Below are positions 38,340 through 47,114 of a stretch of DNA of 64,000 nt, piece after piece (position 1 is the first letter of the stretch; the number at the start of each line of letters is the position of its first letter). The translations under genes were made by a program, and so were the position numbers. The notes beneath the pieces are model-generated. The model was not told the DNA's origin. It made no database searches and worked only from the letters and a program-made list of their open reading frames with translations. The stretch is from a virus (taxonomy: Duplodnaviria > Caudoviricetes): the IMG/VR virus record IMGVR_UViG_2728369355_000004; one strand, written 5' to 3'.

Positions 38340-38624
38340 TTACTTGGTGAAGAAACCAAGATCAGATAATGTCTTAACCTTCTTCGGCTTTTTGTTTTCA
38401 ACATTGCCACCGTGAAGAATGATTTCAAATTCCCGGTTTCTGTTCTTAGCCTTCATGAGCGCTCTAATTTTTGGAATAGTCATATTAGGCCACTCCGAAT
38501 CAGAAATACCATTGCTCACACATAAAGCCCAAAGTTCTAACCAGTCCGTTTCATGCTCATCCTCGACAGGGTTAGACTCCTCCTGTTCTGACTCTTCATC
38601 TGGAGGAAACGACTCAGAATAGAA
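38340..38624 (-). CDS. tail chaperone downstream frame (G-T-like frameshift extension)
   Basis: Open +1 frame FYSESFPPDEE...WALCVSNGISDSEW...LGFFTK* with no start codon at its 5' end. Confidence 0.75.
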   Translation of the reverse strand, partial: FYSESFPPDEESEQEESNPVEDEHETDWLELWALCVSNGISDSEWPNMTIPKIRALMKAKNRNREFEIILHGGNVENKKPKKVKTLSDLGFFTK

Positions 38625-38955
38625 ATCGGTCTAACAAATCATCCAGTACTGCAATACCGTCCTGGTCAATCAGTTCGTACTCTTTTTCCGTTATTTCCTC
38701 AACCAGCACGAGATTAAACACCTTTTTGTACATTTCCTCCACTTTAGGCCAGTCAACTGCTTCCCGGTCTTCGGTAGCCTCCCATTTTTTCCGGCCTATC
38801 GAAAAGGAAAACTTGTGTACTACACCATCCATTTCTTCACGAACCTGACGGATCAATGCAATAGTCCCGATCTTCACATGCTTTTTGATGCCCTCTGCCA
38901 ACCGAATTTCTGAACCTATATTAAGAGTTTTATCCAACTGTTTGTCTGTACTCAT
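38614..38955 (-). CDS. tail assembly chaperone
   Basis: Between the tail tube gene and the TMP; homolog relic at ~4100-4350. Confidence 0.8.
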   Translation of the reverse strand: MSTDKQLDKTLNIGSEIRLAEGIKKHVKIGTIALIRQVREEMDGVVHKFSFSIGRKKWEATEDREAVDWPKVEEMYKKVFNLVLVEEITEKEYELIDQDGIAVLDDLLDRFLF

Positions 38956-39014
38956 TAAATTTCCTCCTCAATGTATGTAACCCCCTACCTGAACGATAGG
39001 GGGTTTAGTATTGA

Positions 39015-39800
39015 TTAGATACCGAAAATGATTTCTACTGCATATCCATTAGGATTCTCTGGCGTGATATCCGGCTCCATAATCTCCAGCGCCAATGTAT
39101 TGGTGGTTGGCTTTTTGCGCTCTTGGGACACGTCCAAAGTCCCGCCCCCGAGAGCCTTCCAAATAGTGAGCTGGCAAGGGACTTCTTTACCGTTCCGATC
39201 ATCGGTTAAGGAAAAGCGGTGTACCAGTTTAAATGGTTTCGGACGGCGTTTACCACTTAAGCTACTTCTTGTAGCATTCTCTTTTGACCATTTGAACGTA
39301 ACGGTTATTAACTTCCCTTCGTTTGCAACATCAGATGTAATTTTACCCTCGGTAATTACATACTGTTCTGCTGTTGGAGCAGATGCTACACGAGTCAGTT
39401 CAGTGAGTTCTCCTGAGGCAGTATCTTTTAAATACACACGGTCACTCTTAGCGACAAAAGTTCCGCTATACTTTGAAGGCGCTTTTAGCTGATAACCATC
39501 CGTAGCAGTCAAGAATCCTTGCTCCACTTCGTCAAATTGAACCGTACCTTTTTCTGATTCGGCCCCTTGAGACAACTCAGCGAGGATGTCTGAATAACGA
39601 GGAACCTCCATAGAGGCTTTATCCCCTAAATCCTTAGCAGTATAGTGGAATGCATATCCACTATCGCCGCCCATTACTTTGTCCCAATCAAACTGTAATT
39701 GTAAAGTTACTTTAGTGATTTTGTCGTCTAGAAACTTGAGCCTTCCGCCTTCTTCATAAACCTGCGCTGACCCCACGCCATCAAATACTAAAGGTTGCAT
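39015..39800 (-). CDS. major tail tube protein
   Basis: Position and beta-rich 261 aa; strong RBS AAGGAGG. Confidence 0.75.
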   Translation of the reverse strand: MQPLVFDGVGSAQVYEEGGRLKFLDDKITKVTLQLQFDWDKVMGGDSGYAFHYTAKDLGDKASMEVPRYSDILAELSQGAESEKGTVQFDEVEQGFLTATDGYQLKAPSKYSGTFVAKSDRVYLKDTASGELTELTRVASAPTAEQYVITEGKITSDVANEGKLITVTFKWSKENATRSSLSGKRRPKPFKLVHRFSLTDDRNGKEVPCQLTIWKALGGGTLDVSQERKKPTTNTLALEIMEPDITPENPNGYAVEIIFGI

Positions 39801-39846
39801 ATAGTTTCATCCTCCTTATGTGTGAATACAAAAAGAACCGATCAGA

Positions 39847-40302
39847 TTATTTGACCAGTTCCCATAAACGCTTATCAATCTCCGCAATTCGTCCGTACTC
39901 TTTAGTGAGCTTGTAGCCCTCTTTCGGATTCCAAACACCCATAATACCCAATCCTTTAGCAAGCGTGATTTTTTCAGCAATCAGCGTATCCCACTCGGTA
40001 GGTTCTGGTTTAGGAGGATTAGGTTGAGTCCAATTCAATTCGGCTTCATAAGTTGTACCAGCAAGAGTGACAACATTAAATTTGTACTTCTTGGTTGCAT
40101 TTGCTTCGCTAAACCATAGAGTTTCCTGATCATCCGGTTCAATTTTAACCCCATCTTTTTCAATACTGGATATGTTGGTTTTAGCCAAAGAAACTCGCTT
40201 TTGTGTTGAATCCAGCAGCTCATATTCAACGTGGTTAATTCCATTATGATCACCGGATCTCCCGGTTGCTTTCCATACAGCTGCTTCTGCCATTCTGCTC
40301 AC
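39847..40302 (-). CDS. hypothetical virion-module protein
   Basis: 151-aa ORF co-oriented in the head-tail module. Confidence 0.6.
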   Translation of the reverse strand: MSRMAEAAVWKATGRSGDHNGINHVEYELLDSTQKRVSLAKTNISSIEKDGVKIEPDDQETLWFSEANATKKYKFNVVTLAGTTYEAELNWTQPNPPKPEPTEWDTLIAEKITLAKGLGIMGVWNPKEGYKLTKEYGRIAEIDKRLWELVK

Positions 40303-40303
40303 C

Positions 40304-40738
40304 TCAATTCATTCTCAAGTAATCAACATCGAAAATTGCTTTGTACCCCTTGGCCCCTTGGATGCCAGTAGCAAAATCTGAGTCATAGGATAGCACACAA
40401 AGATAGGACATAAACCCCTGTGCAAACAACCTTTTTTCGTGCAATGTTTTGAATGCTCTTTCAAATAGAAGCTTTGCTTCATATGCTGTCTTACCGTAAA
40501 AGTCGATACAGAACTTACCTTCGAACACCAGTGGATTAGTGGCATATCGTCCCGGCATGACATATTGGCAGATATGTGGAACTGTATCCTTAGTAACCGT
40601 TATCTCAGGCTCCATGCCTTTCGTAAATCGCTTTACGACATCAGCAGAGGGTGATGAAGGAGTAAGCTTCAGCATGCTCATAAGTTCCGAATCTGCTTTC
40701 AAAGCATTCTGAACAGCATCAATAAGTTGTAGGCTCAC
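40304..40738 (-). CDS. tail terminator/completion protein
   Basis: Synteny and size; FCIDFYG. Confidence 0.6.
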   Translation of the reverse strand: MSLQLIDAVQNALKADSELMSMLKLTPSSPSADVVKRFTKGMEPEITVTKDTVPHICQYVMPGRYATNPLVFEGKFCIDFYGKTAYEAKLLFERAFKTLHEKRLFAQGFMSYLCVLSYDSDFATGIQGAKGYKAIFDVDYLRMN

Positions 40739-41313
40739 TCCCTCACCTCCTTGAAGTATCTGTGATACGGAAACTCAGTTATTACACGGCTAATGCCATC
40801 CAGAATACGTTTCCGGTTAGACTGAATTGCAATACGCAAAAAGTAGGTTGGCGGTGTGGCCCTGAATGAAGGATCGATGTCACCGCGCTCCGCAAGTTCC
40901 TCCAAGTCCACCCCAGCATAGCCCCCACCTGATTCCTTCATGGTTCCGTCAATCGCCCGGTACTTCCCTCTTGAGCGACCAACAATGATACGATCACCTT
41001 TGGATCTCAGTCGGTTCCATGCTTCGCTGTTCATGTAGGTTATTAAGCCGGGATTTTGGCTACTGTCTGCCATCTTGGAGCCTTTACCGAATTGCTCAAG
41101 CCATACTTGCCAGTAATGCGCTGTAATGTCGCCTGAAATCATCTGATTCGCTAGCACAAACATGTGCATTTCCAAGTGGTCCCGAACTGCCGGATAATAC
41201 CGTATGCCGCTTTTAGCCGTAAGCATGACCAACTTTGTTAATCCGGTAATCTCAACAGCCAATTTATTCTCCAGATCCTTTGCGGCCCGCGCTGCATCAT
41301 AGCCCGTAATCAT
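40735..41313 (-). CDS. neck protein (HK97 gp10-like)
   Basis: LEQFGKGS...PPTYFLR; synteny. Confidence 0.6.
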   Translation of the reverse strand: MITGYDAARAAKDLENKLAVEITGLTKLVMLTAKSGIRYYPAVRDHLEMHMFVLANQMISGDITAHYWQVWLEQFGKGSKMADSSQNPGLITYMNSEAWNRLRSKGDRIIVGRSRGKYRAIDGTMKESGGGYAGVDLEELAERGDIDPSFRATPPTYFLRIAIQSNRKRILDGISRVITEFPYHRYFKEVRE

Positions 41314-41885
41314 CGACGGTCCTCCGAAAGCTGAACGTATAGCAGATTAGGGTACTTGATCTTATCTACCACATCTACCTGGTATGTCTTCCCGCCCATT
41401 ACAATCCGGTCAGGCGCGGATAGACTTGAGTCTTGAGGGTCTCTTACATCGACTGTCGTCTGTAACTGCAAGATAAACACGGTACTCGGCAGCAAGCCCG
41501 GCTCCTGTTGCCGCAATTGTGCTGTGACATACTGTGCAAAGCACACAATATCAGCAGCAACAGATACAAAGTCAGGACCACCTATAGGGTTATCGTTGGC
41601 ATCATAAGCTTGCTGGTATCTTTGCACCTCGATTAAAGCATTCGTTTTAATCAGAGAGCAGTACTTGTCCTTCTCAGTTGTTGTACGTAGAGTCTGTACC
41701 AAATAAGACGATTCGTTCTGAACTATATCTCCCGGCTTTACAGATGATTTCGAAGAAAACAAACCATTGTACATATACTCTTTTCCGATAACCGTTGTGG
41801 CTTTCGTTTCCCTAGACAATATAACGACATCGGGCTCACCATTGACAGTACAAGGTGAATGCCTATGAGCGAAGTCTTTAAACAT
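41310..41885 (-). CDS. head closure protein
   Basis: Synteny; PDRIVMGGKTYQVDVVD. Confidence 0.6.
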   Translation of the reverse strand: MFKDFAHRHSPCTVNGEPDVVILSRETKATTVIGKEYMYNGLFSSKSSVKPGDIVQNESSYLVQTLRTTTEKDKYCSLIKTNALIEVQRYQQAYDANDNPIGGPDFVSVAADIVCFAQYVTAQLRQQEPGLLPSTVFILQLQTTVDVRDPQDSSLSAPDRIVMGGKTYQVDVVDKIKYPNLLYVQLSEDRR

Positions 41886-42319
41886 TAGTGACGCCGCCTT
41901 TCTCTCGCCCGGGTCGGCCCAGCTACACCGAATACCGGAACATCTGTCCCATGCTGTACTGTTGATATGGACTCGATAAACTCATAGGCTTCATCAACAA
42001 GCTGAACAGCGTACTTTTTCCAATCAACAACCTGATTTTCAAAAGAGAAGTCAAAGTCCTTTTTAGACTTCTTGATTCTCGCTGTCATGGAAGGGGCCAG
42101 TATGGCAGCAACCATACAAACGGCTGCTGCATACACATAAGTTTGATCATCACCAGTTAACTCAGCATAATCAGGAACGGCTTTTACAATCCTCGATTCT
42201 CCAATGGGCAAAACAGAAAGAGCGTCTATGTCAGCATCGGATATTACATCCTCACCAACGCCTAGACGCCCTCTAATTTCTTCATGATATGTTTCTGTAA
42301 TGAGTATCTTATTTGCCAT
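41885..42319 (-). CDS. head-tail adaptor
   Basis: Synteny; EEIRGRLGV...ISDADI. Confidence 0.6.
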   Translation of the reverse strand: MANKILITETYHEEIRGRLGVGEDVISDADIDALSVLPIGESRIVKAVPDYAELTGDDQTYVYAAAVCMVAAILAPSMTARIKKSKKDFDFSFENQVVDWKKYAVQLVDEAYEFIESISTVQHGTDVPVFGVAGPTRARERRRH

Positions 42320-42698
42320 CTGCTGCACCGCCAGCAGCACTGATAGCCTGTTTCAATTCTTCAATACTCATTTTGGTGTATCCGGGTATTTTTAATTCCT
42401 TAGCTGAGGCTTTCAATTCTTTCAACTCACCATCAGACTGAAGAATATCAATTTGCTCAAGTAATTCCGCTTCTCGCGCTTTAGACTGTTCTAATTCGGC
42501 CTGAAGTTGCAACTCCCGTTCTGAAGGAGAACCATCAACAGCCCCGTTACCATCTACAATTTCCGCAAGCAATTGTCCGGTTGCCGCATTACGAATTTCT
42601 TTCTTTGCGATATCTACAAGACCGTCAGGGGCATCTGTTACGATGTCCCCGGCATTGTATTGTCCAACAGCATCAACCAATACTTTTACAGTTGTCAT
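42309..42698 (-). CDS. small protein with C-terminal Rho-N/HeH-like domain
   Basis: LKELKASAKELKIPGYTKMSIEELKQAI; ATG at 42698 after GGGGAG. Confidence 0.7.
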   Translation of the reverse strand: MTTVKVLVDAVGQYNAGDIVTDAPDGLVDIAKKEIRNAATGQLLAEIVDGNGAVDGSPSERELQLQAELEQSKAREAELLEQIDILQSDGELKELKASAKELKIPGYTKMSIEELKQAISAAGGAADGK

Positions 42699-42715
42699 AA
42701 ATTGAGTTCTCCCCC

Positions 42716-43729
42716 TTACGCCACTGTAGCGAAGATATGCCAGTTGACGTATTTCAGCCGCGGCAGCACAGTCGCACCATTGATGACTTGCCATTGATCA
42801 GGGTCACCTTGAATCAGTTTGGTGAGAGCAAATTTCCCAGTATGGCCTGTAAAAATATCCTCATAGTTATTTGGACTTGTAACAAGATCCATAATGGAGC
42901 CTGTCATGCCTTGACCGATGATAATTACGGCATTGTCAGGAATAAACGGGTAGAACGTCCCGGTATCATCAATGTAGCCACCATCGTAAACTTCATACTG
43001 AAGCCCGCTCAAATTTTGGCTGACAATTTCAGAAAGTGAGCCATCAGTTACAACATCCTTGCCATATGTGTATCTAATCAATTCGCGAATTTTCTCATTT
43101 TGCTTCATGTAGCTGTCTACCTTTTTATTGGCCAGAATCTTAACTCCTCTTGCACCACTTCCCCGGAATAGAAGGAGCCACTCATCCAAGTTTTTCAGCG
43201 GATCAGCGGTTGCCGTATTGCTCCAGAGCACATCTGCCGTTGGCTTGTTAGTGGCAGGGACGCCGTAATCAATCGTTCTGGCAGGTTTGTTTGCTGTTGC
43301 TGGAACGATAAGGTTGCCGGTCAGGGACTGCCAACGCATCCACTCAAAACGTGTCTCAAGCCGCATATTCAAGTTGACCAGTTGATCTACCATATACTCC
43401 TCTGCCCACTGTTGCTGCAAGTTATTACCTGGCTTTCTCAAAGTGGCAATCTTTTCACGATCAATAATGGACTTTTCTCTCCATTCCTGGTTCGTGAAGT
43501 TCATATGTTTCACCACAGGAGACGTATGAATTGGTGAAGGATCATTCAGCCCAGTAGCAGGTGTCATCCCCGTGTCGTCATAAGTAACGTCATATTCGAT
43601 GGTGAGTCCAAGTTCAGGTTTGAAGTCAACGCCATTTGTCAGTAGTTGAGCCCCGCGAAAACTGTTAATATCCGTCCGAATGTTCTGGACGACTTCCGTA
43701 AGGAAATATGGATCAAGTACGTTTGCCAT
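42716..43729 (-). CDS. major capsid protein (lambda gpE-like family)
   Basis: 337 aa; R.ETR.EWMRWQ.LTG...IDYGVP...ADPLK.LDEW. Confidence 0.88.
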   Translation of the reverse strand: MANVLDPYFLTEVVQNIRTDINSFRGAQLLTNGVDFKPELGLTIEYDVTYDDTGMTPATGLNDPSPIHTSPVVKHMNFTNQEWREKSIIDREKIATLRKPGNNLQQQWAEEYMVDQLVNLNMRLETRFEWMRWQSLTGNLIVPATANKPARTIDYGVPATNKPTADVLWSNTATADPLKNLDEWLLLFRGSGARGVKILANKKVDSYMKQNEKIRELIRYTYGKDVVTDGSLSEIVSQNLSGLQYEVYDGGYIDDTGTFYPFIPDNAVIIIGQGMTGSIMDLVTSPNNYEDIFTGHTGKFALTKLIQGDPDQWQVINGATVLPRLKYVNWHIFATVA

Positions 43730-43744
43730 GTATGTTTATCCCCC

Positions 43745-44125
43745 TTATACAAAGTAGCAAAGCTTCAGCGCTGTTTTAGCTGCTGCATCTAAGCCAGTCA
43801 ATTTGGATGAATCAAAAACACCTGCAATCCACGCAGATGCGCCGATATCAGAAAGTGTTGTGTCATGATCATTATCAAGGATGCACAAAGCCACTTCGGA
43901 GCCGTTGGTTGCTGCGGAACTATAAGCTACCGCTTTATCCTTATCCGCTCCTGCTGCTGTTATCTTGCCGATAACCGTACCTTTTTTCAGTATTCCTTGC
44001 CCTTGTTTTAGCAAAATCCCTCCTGGTAGTTTAGCTTGAAGGTCGGTAGATGCTAGAACCTCCGTAAACTCTTGAGTAATAACCTGACCGGGACCAGGAG
44101 CACCATTATACTGAGATTGCATCAT
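43745..44125 (-). CDS. head decoration protein (gpD-like)
   Basis: LKKGTVIGKIT...NGSEVA.CIL...AGVF. Confidence 0.8.
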   Translation of the reverse strand: MMQSQYNGAPGPGQVITQEFTEVLASTDLQAKLPGGILLKQGQGILKKGTVIGKITAAGADKDKAVAYSSAATNGSEVALCILDNDHDTTLSDIGASAWIAGVFDSSKLTGLDAAAKTALKLCYFV

Positions 44126-44127
44126 AA

Positions 44128-45438
44128 TTATTTATCCTCCTTCAGCAGATTACCTCTGCCTGTATTCTTAAGTGCCGCCCGAGCTTCTTCACGAGCCAAT
44201 GCTTTAAGTTGTTCTGGCGTTTTCTCGCCACCATCATTATTTTGTGAGTTAGTTGGTGGTGTTCCATTCAGCGCTCCCTCAGGAAGGTTTACATCGTCAC
44301 CTTGTGTATGGCGACCACCACCGCCCAAAGCAGCTTGTGCCTGTGCTTCATACGTTGCTCCAATCTTTTCAATTTCAGATACCGGCAAATGAGAAAATGC
44401 CGTTTTCATAGCTTCTACATTAAAGGCTTCACCAAGAGCGCGGATACCAGCTCCACATGCTTGTTCAGTGACCTTCACCTTATATGTTGCTCCATCAGCG
44501 GCCTGGGCGCTCAACGATGTCAGTCTGCTCAAAATTTCAGTATCATTCTCCACACTTAGCGCCGCCCGGATTTGTCCGAGTACATTATTAGCCGCTGCCA
44601 ATGCAGTAGCTTGTGTTTGTTGTGCTGCCAAAGCAGCAGCTTTTTGTTCGTCTGTCACAGTGTCATCTCCTTGGGCCAGTGTCTCGGCCTGTTCTTTTGT
44701 TTGATGCTGCTTAGATACAAAAGCATTCATACCGCCTTTGTTGCTGAAAAAATAAAAGACGCGTTCATCGCCATCAAGCGATTTCGCATCTAAAGGTAAT
44801 GGTTCGTATTCAGTTTGTCGCTGCTGCTCAGCTTCAGCATGTTGTTTCACCGACAGAGATTCACGTGTTATTCCAGCACCTTCATATCCTCCATCAAATA
44901 CAATGGAGTTTTCCATGATATATCCATCATCCGCGAGAACAAGACATTCTTTGTCATCGTACGTTTGCCCACGAATGTGTGAACATGCTGAGGAACCATA
45001 ATAATCACTGCCACAAATGCTACACGTATGCTTCGTAGTAACAAACCCTGCCGAGGTATCAAAGATAGTTCCTGAATCAATACCGGTAGCCAGTTGATCC
45101 GTTGAGATCCCATTAGCTTCTAGCCCTTTTGCCATGTAATGATCACCGTAAAGTTCCAGTTCCCCTCCCTCTTCGATAATTCGGCTGTCAAAAGTTCTGC
45201 CATACGGGAAAGATAAGGCTTCCCACTTCTGCCACGGATGGTCAACCAGCAAGGCTACTCCCTCTTTAACTTGATCAGCCATTTTACGTAGGAAGTTTGG
45301 GGTAATCTTCATTTTGTACTTATCAATACGCTTGGTTCCAATGATTCTCGCTTGAAACACATGAGTTTGTTCATCGGTCAATGGGACTAATGCTTTTTGA
45401 TTGATCTTTGCCAGTTGTTCCTGTGTAGGTTTTGCCAT
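44128..45438 (-). CDS. prohead protease/scaffold
   Basis: LLVDH...GRTFDS...CSICG..Y..CSHIRG...ENS.VF; Ala-rich scaffold C-terminus. Confidence 0.75.
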   Translation of the reverse strand: MAKPTQEQLAKINQKALVPLTDEQTHVFQARIIGTKRIDKYKMKITPNFLRKMADQVKEGVALLVDHPWQKWEALSFPYGRTFDSRIIEEGGELELYGDHYMAKGLEANGISTDQLATGIDSGTIFDTSAGFVTTKHTCSICGSDYYGSSACSHIRGQTYDDKECLVLADDGYIMENSIVFDGGYEGAGITRESLSVKQHAEAEQQRQTEYEPLPLDAKSLDGDERVFYFFSNKGGMNAFVSKQHQTKEQAETLAQGDDTVTDEQKAAALAAQQTQATALAAANNVLGQIRAALSVENDTEILSRLTSLSAQAADGATYKVKVTEQACGAGIRALGEAFNVEAMKTAFSHLPVSEIEKIGATYEAQAQAALGGGGRHTQGDDVNLPEGALNGTPPTNSQNNDGGEKTPEQLKALAREEARAALKNTGRGNLLKEDK

Positions 45439-45444
45439 AATGTT

Positions 45445-46905
45445 TTATTCACCTCCTTCTGGTGGAGTCTGTACTTTATTTGAATCAGATTCAAGCTTTT
45501 TCATAAGCAGCGGGAGTAACTCAGCCGGAACTTTGGCATTAATACCAAGAGTCCAACGTATTTCCTCAGCAGCTTCCAACGGTGTGATGTAGAAATTCTT
45601 CTCCGCTGTGATGTAGTTATCGATCTTTGAACGTCGGTCACGTTCAATCTCATTTTCAGAGCGTAGATCAATGGGGAGGTAGTCAGCTTCAACTTTTGTT
45701 TGAGTCCCTTTTACTCTTGCGGACAACGAAAAAGCCCGCTGCCAGAAACGTTTGGTTACGCTCCGCGCGGACTCTACATTTTTGATATATATTTGAGTGT
45801 CAATTGAACTGTATGTTTCGGTTGATCCTTGATGCCTGGAAAGGATGGTGAGCAGCGTCTTGAGTGAAGTCGCCATTTGGGTATCAATAATATCGATGAG
45901 CTTTTTAATATCAATCATCGGCCCTGAATTACCGCCTTTGAGATATTCGACTTTTACAGTATCCCAGTGGACAAGGGCATCGTCTGGATTGAGTGAGTTG
46001 AAATGGTTTATCATCTCTTCCATTCGCTCTTTGAGCCATTTCTGTTGACCATCGGGATTACTTTTCAAGTTGTTCGGCATATTCTTCAGCATGATTTCTT
46101 CCAACATGGAGATATCAAGCCGTGGATATCCTTGGTTGTGCACTACTGCTTTTAGATCAGCCAGCACTTGGAGGTGGAAGAAAACTACTTGCAGCACTGG
46201 AAGCATGGGCGTTCGTCCATAAGGATCATCAGCCATCGGATCAAACTCTTCATATATGAATGTTGGTGTATCGATCTTTTTGTAATTGCCAAACCACTCT
46301 TCATTCGCGTTCCTTCGTGGGTTCTTGACATATTGCCACGGCGTGAGCCGGTTGGTATCCGGTTGCCTTCGGAACCAAATTAGAGCCGGATCAACCGGGA
46401 CGATATCAATTACATCGTTACATCGCTCATTCAGTACTACTTCCCCAGCACAAGCTCCGCGAACCATGATCATCATCCGCTGGATCGTGTCTAGTTTACC
46501 TAATGACCTTCCATGCTGGTATCCCGGCGAAGGTAGCGGTGTATTAAGCATAGCTTTGAGTTCATCCAGTACCCGTTGTCCGCCCTTATCTGCATTTCCG
46601 TTTGGCTTCTTAGCTGTAAATGTTAATTCGGTATCTCCCATACGTAAGTATGTGTATAGAGCATAGGATACGTCTGGATGAACAGATATTAGAAGTTCAA
46701 GTAACTCCTCTGCCGTGTAGCTCTGCAACTTAGTAAGGTCAATATTATGAGCGTGCTGATGTTTTTTAGGCAGCCAGTTAAATATACCCCACGGGTTAGC
46801 GTTATTAGGTACTGATGCTCTGCCCACACCCATCATCTGACGCTTTACCGCTGTTGGAAGAACAGCATTAGCAAATGAATATACAGCTCTATGATACCAT
46901 TTCAA
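45445..46905 (-). CDS. portal protein
   Basis: ~486 aa before the protease; DDPYGR.PM.P; TTG start after GGCGGTG. Confidence 0.8.
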   Translation of the reverse strand: MKWYHRAVYSFANAVLPTAVKRQMMGVGRASVPNNANPWGIFNWLPKKHQHAHNIDLTKLQSYTAEELLELLISVHPDVSYALYTYLRMGDTELTFTAKKPNGNADKGGQRVLDELKAMLNTPLPSPGYQHGRSLGKLDTIQRMMIMVRGACAGEVVLNERCNDVIDIVPVDPALIWFRRQPDTNRLTPWQYVKNPRRNANEEWFGNYKKIDTPTFIYEEFDPMADDPYGRTPMLPVLQVVFFHLQVLADLKAVVHNQGYPRLDISMLEEIMLKNMPNNLKSNPDGQQKWLKERMEEMINHFNSLNPDDALVHWDTVKVEYLKGGNSGPMIDIKKLIDIIDTQMATSLKTLLTILSRHQGSTETYSSIDTQIYIKNVESARSVTKRFWQRAFSLSARVKGTQTKVEADYLPIDLRSENEIERDRRSKIDNYITAEKNFYITPLEAAEEIRWTLGINAKVPAELLPLLMKKLESDSNKVQTPPEGGE

Positions 46906-46942
46906 GATTTCACCGCCTTTCATTGCAAACTTCTATGAATAA

Positions 46943-46974
46943 AGGATAACATCCTTTTTATTCGGATTTACTAC
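46943..46974 (-). promoter_or_regulatory. late promoter (GTAGTA-N20-TATCCT) before portal
   Basis: Same spacing as the copies at 55648-55679 and 58218-58249. Confidence 0.65.
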
Positions 46975-47041
46975 TGATTTTCGAGAGGATAGGCATTATG
47001 CTTACATATATCTTTTTTTAATGCGGAATATTGGAACAAAA

Positions 47042-47071
47042 AAGTGGTCAGGAAAAGTTTCCTGACCACTT
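47042..47071. promoter_or_regulatory. 18-bp palindrome, copy 3, extended to a 30-bp inverted repeat
   Basis: AAGTGGTCAGGAAAAGTTTCCTGACCACTT. Confidence 0.65.
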
Positions 47072-47114
47072 ATAATATCGTAATGCTTAGTCCACGTACC
47101 TACGGCATTACGTT

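Noticed and set aside
38340-38955. Classical -1 slippery heptamer at the chaperone end
   Set aside because: No XXXYYYZ in the permitted window, and the downstream ORF is in the +1 frame
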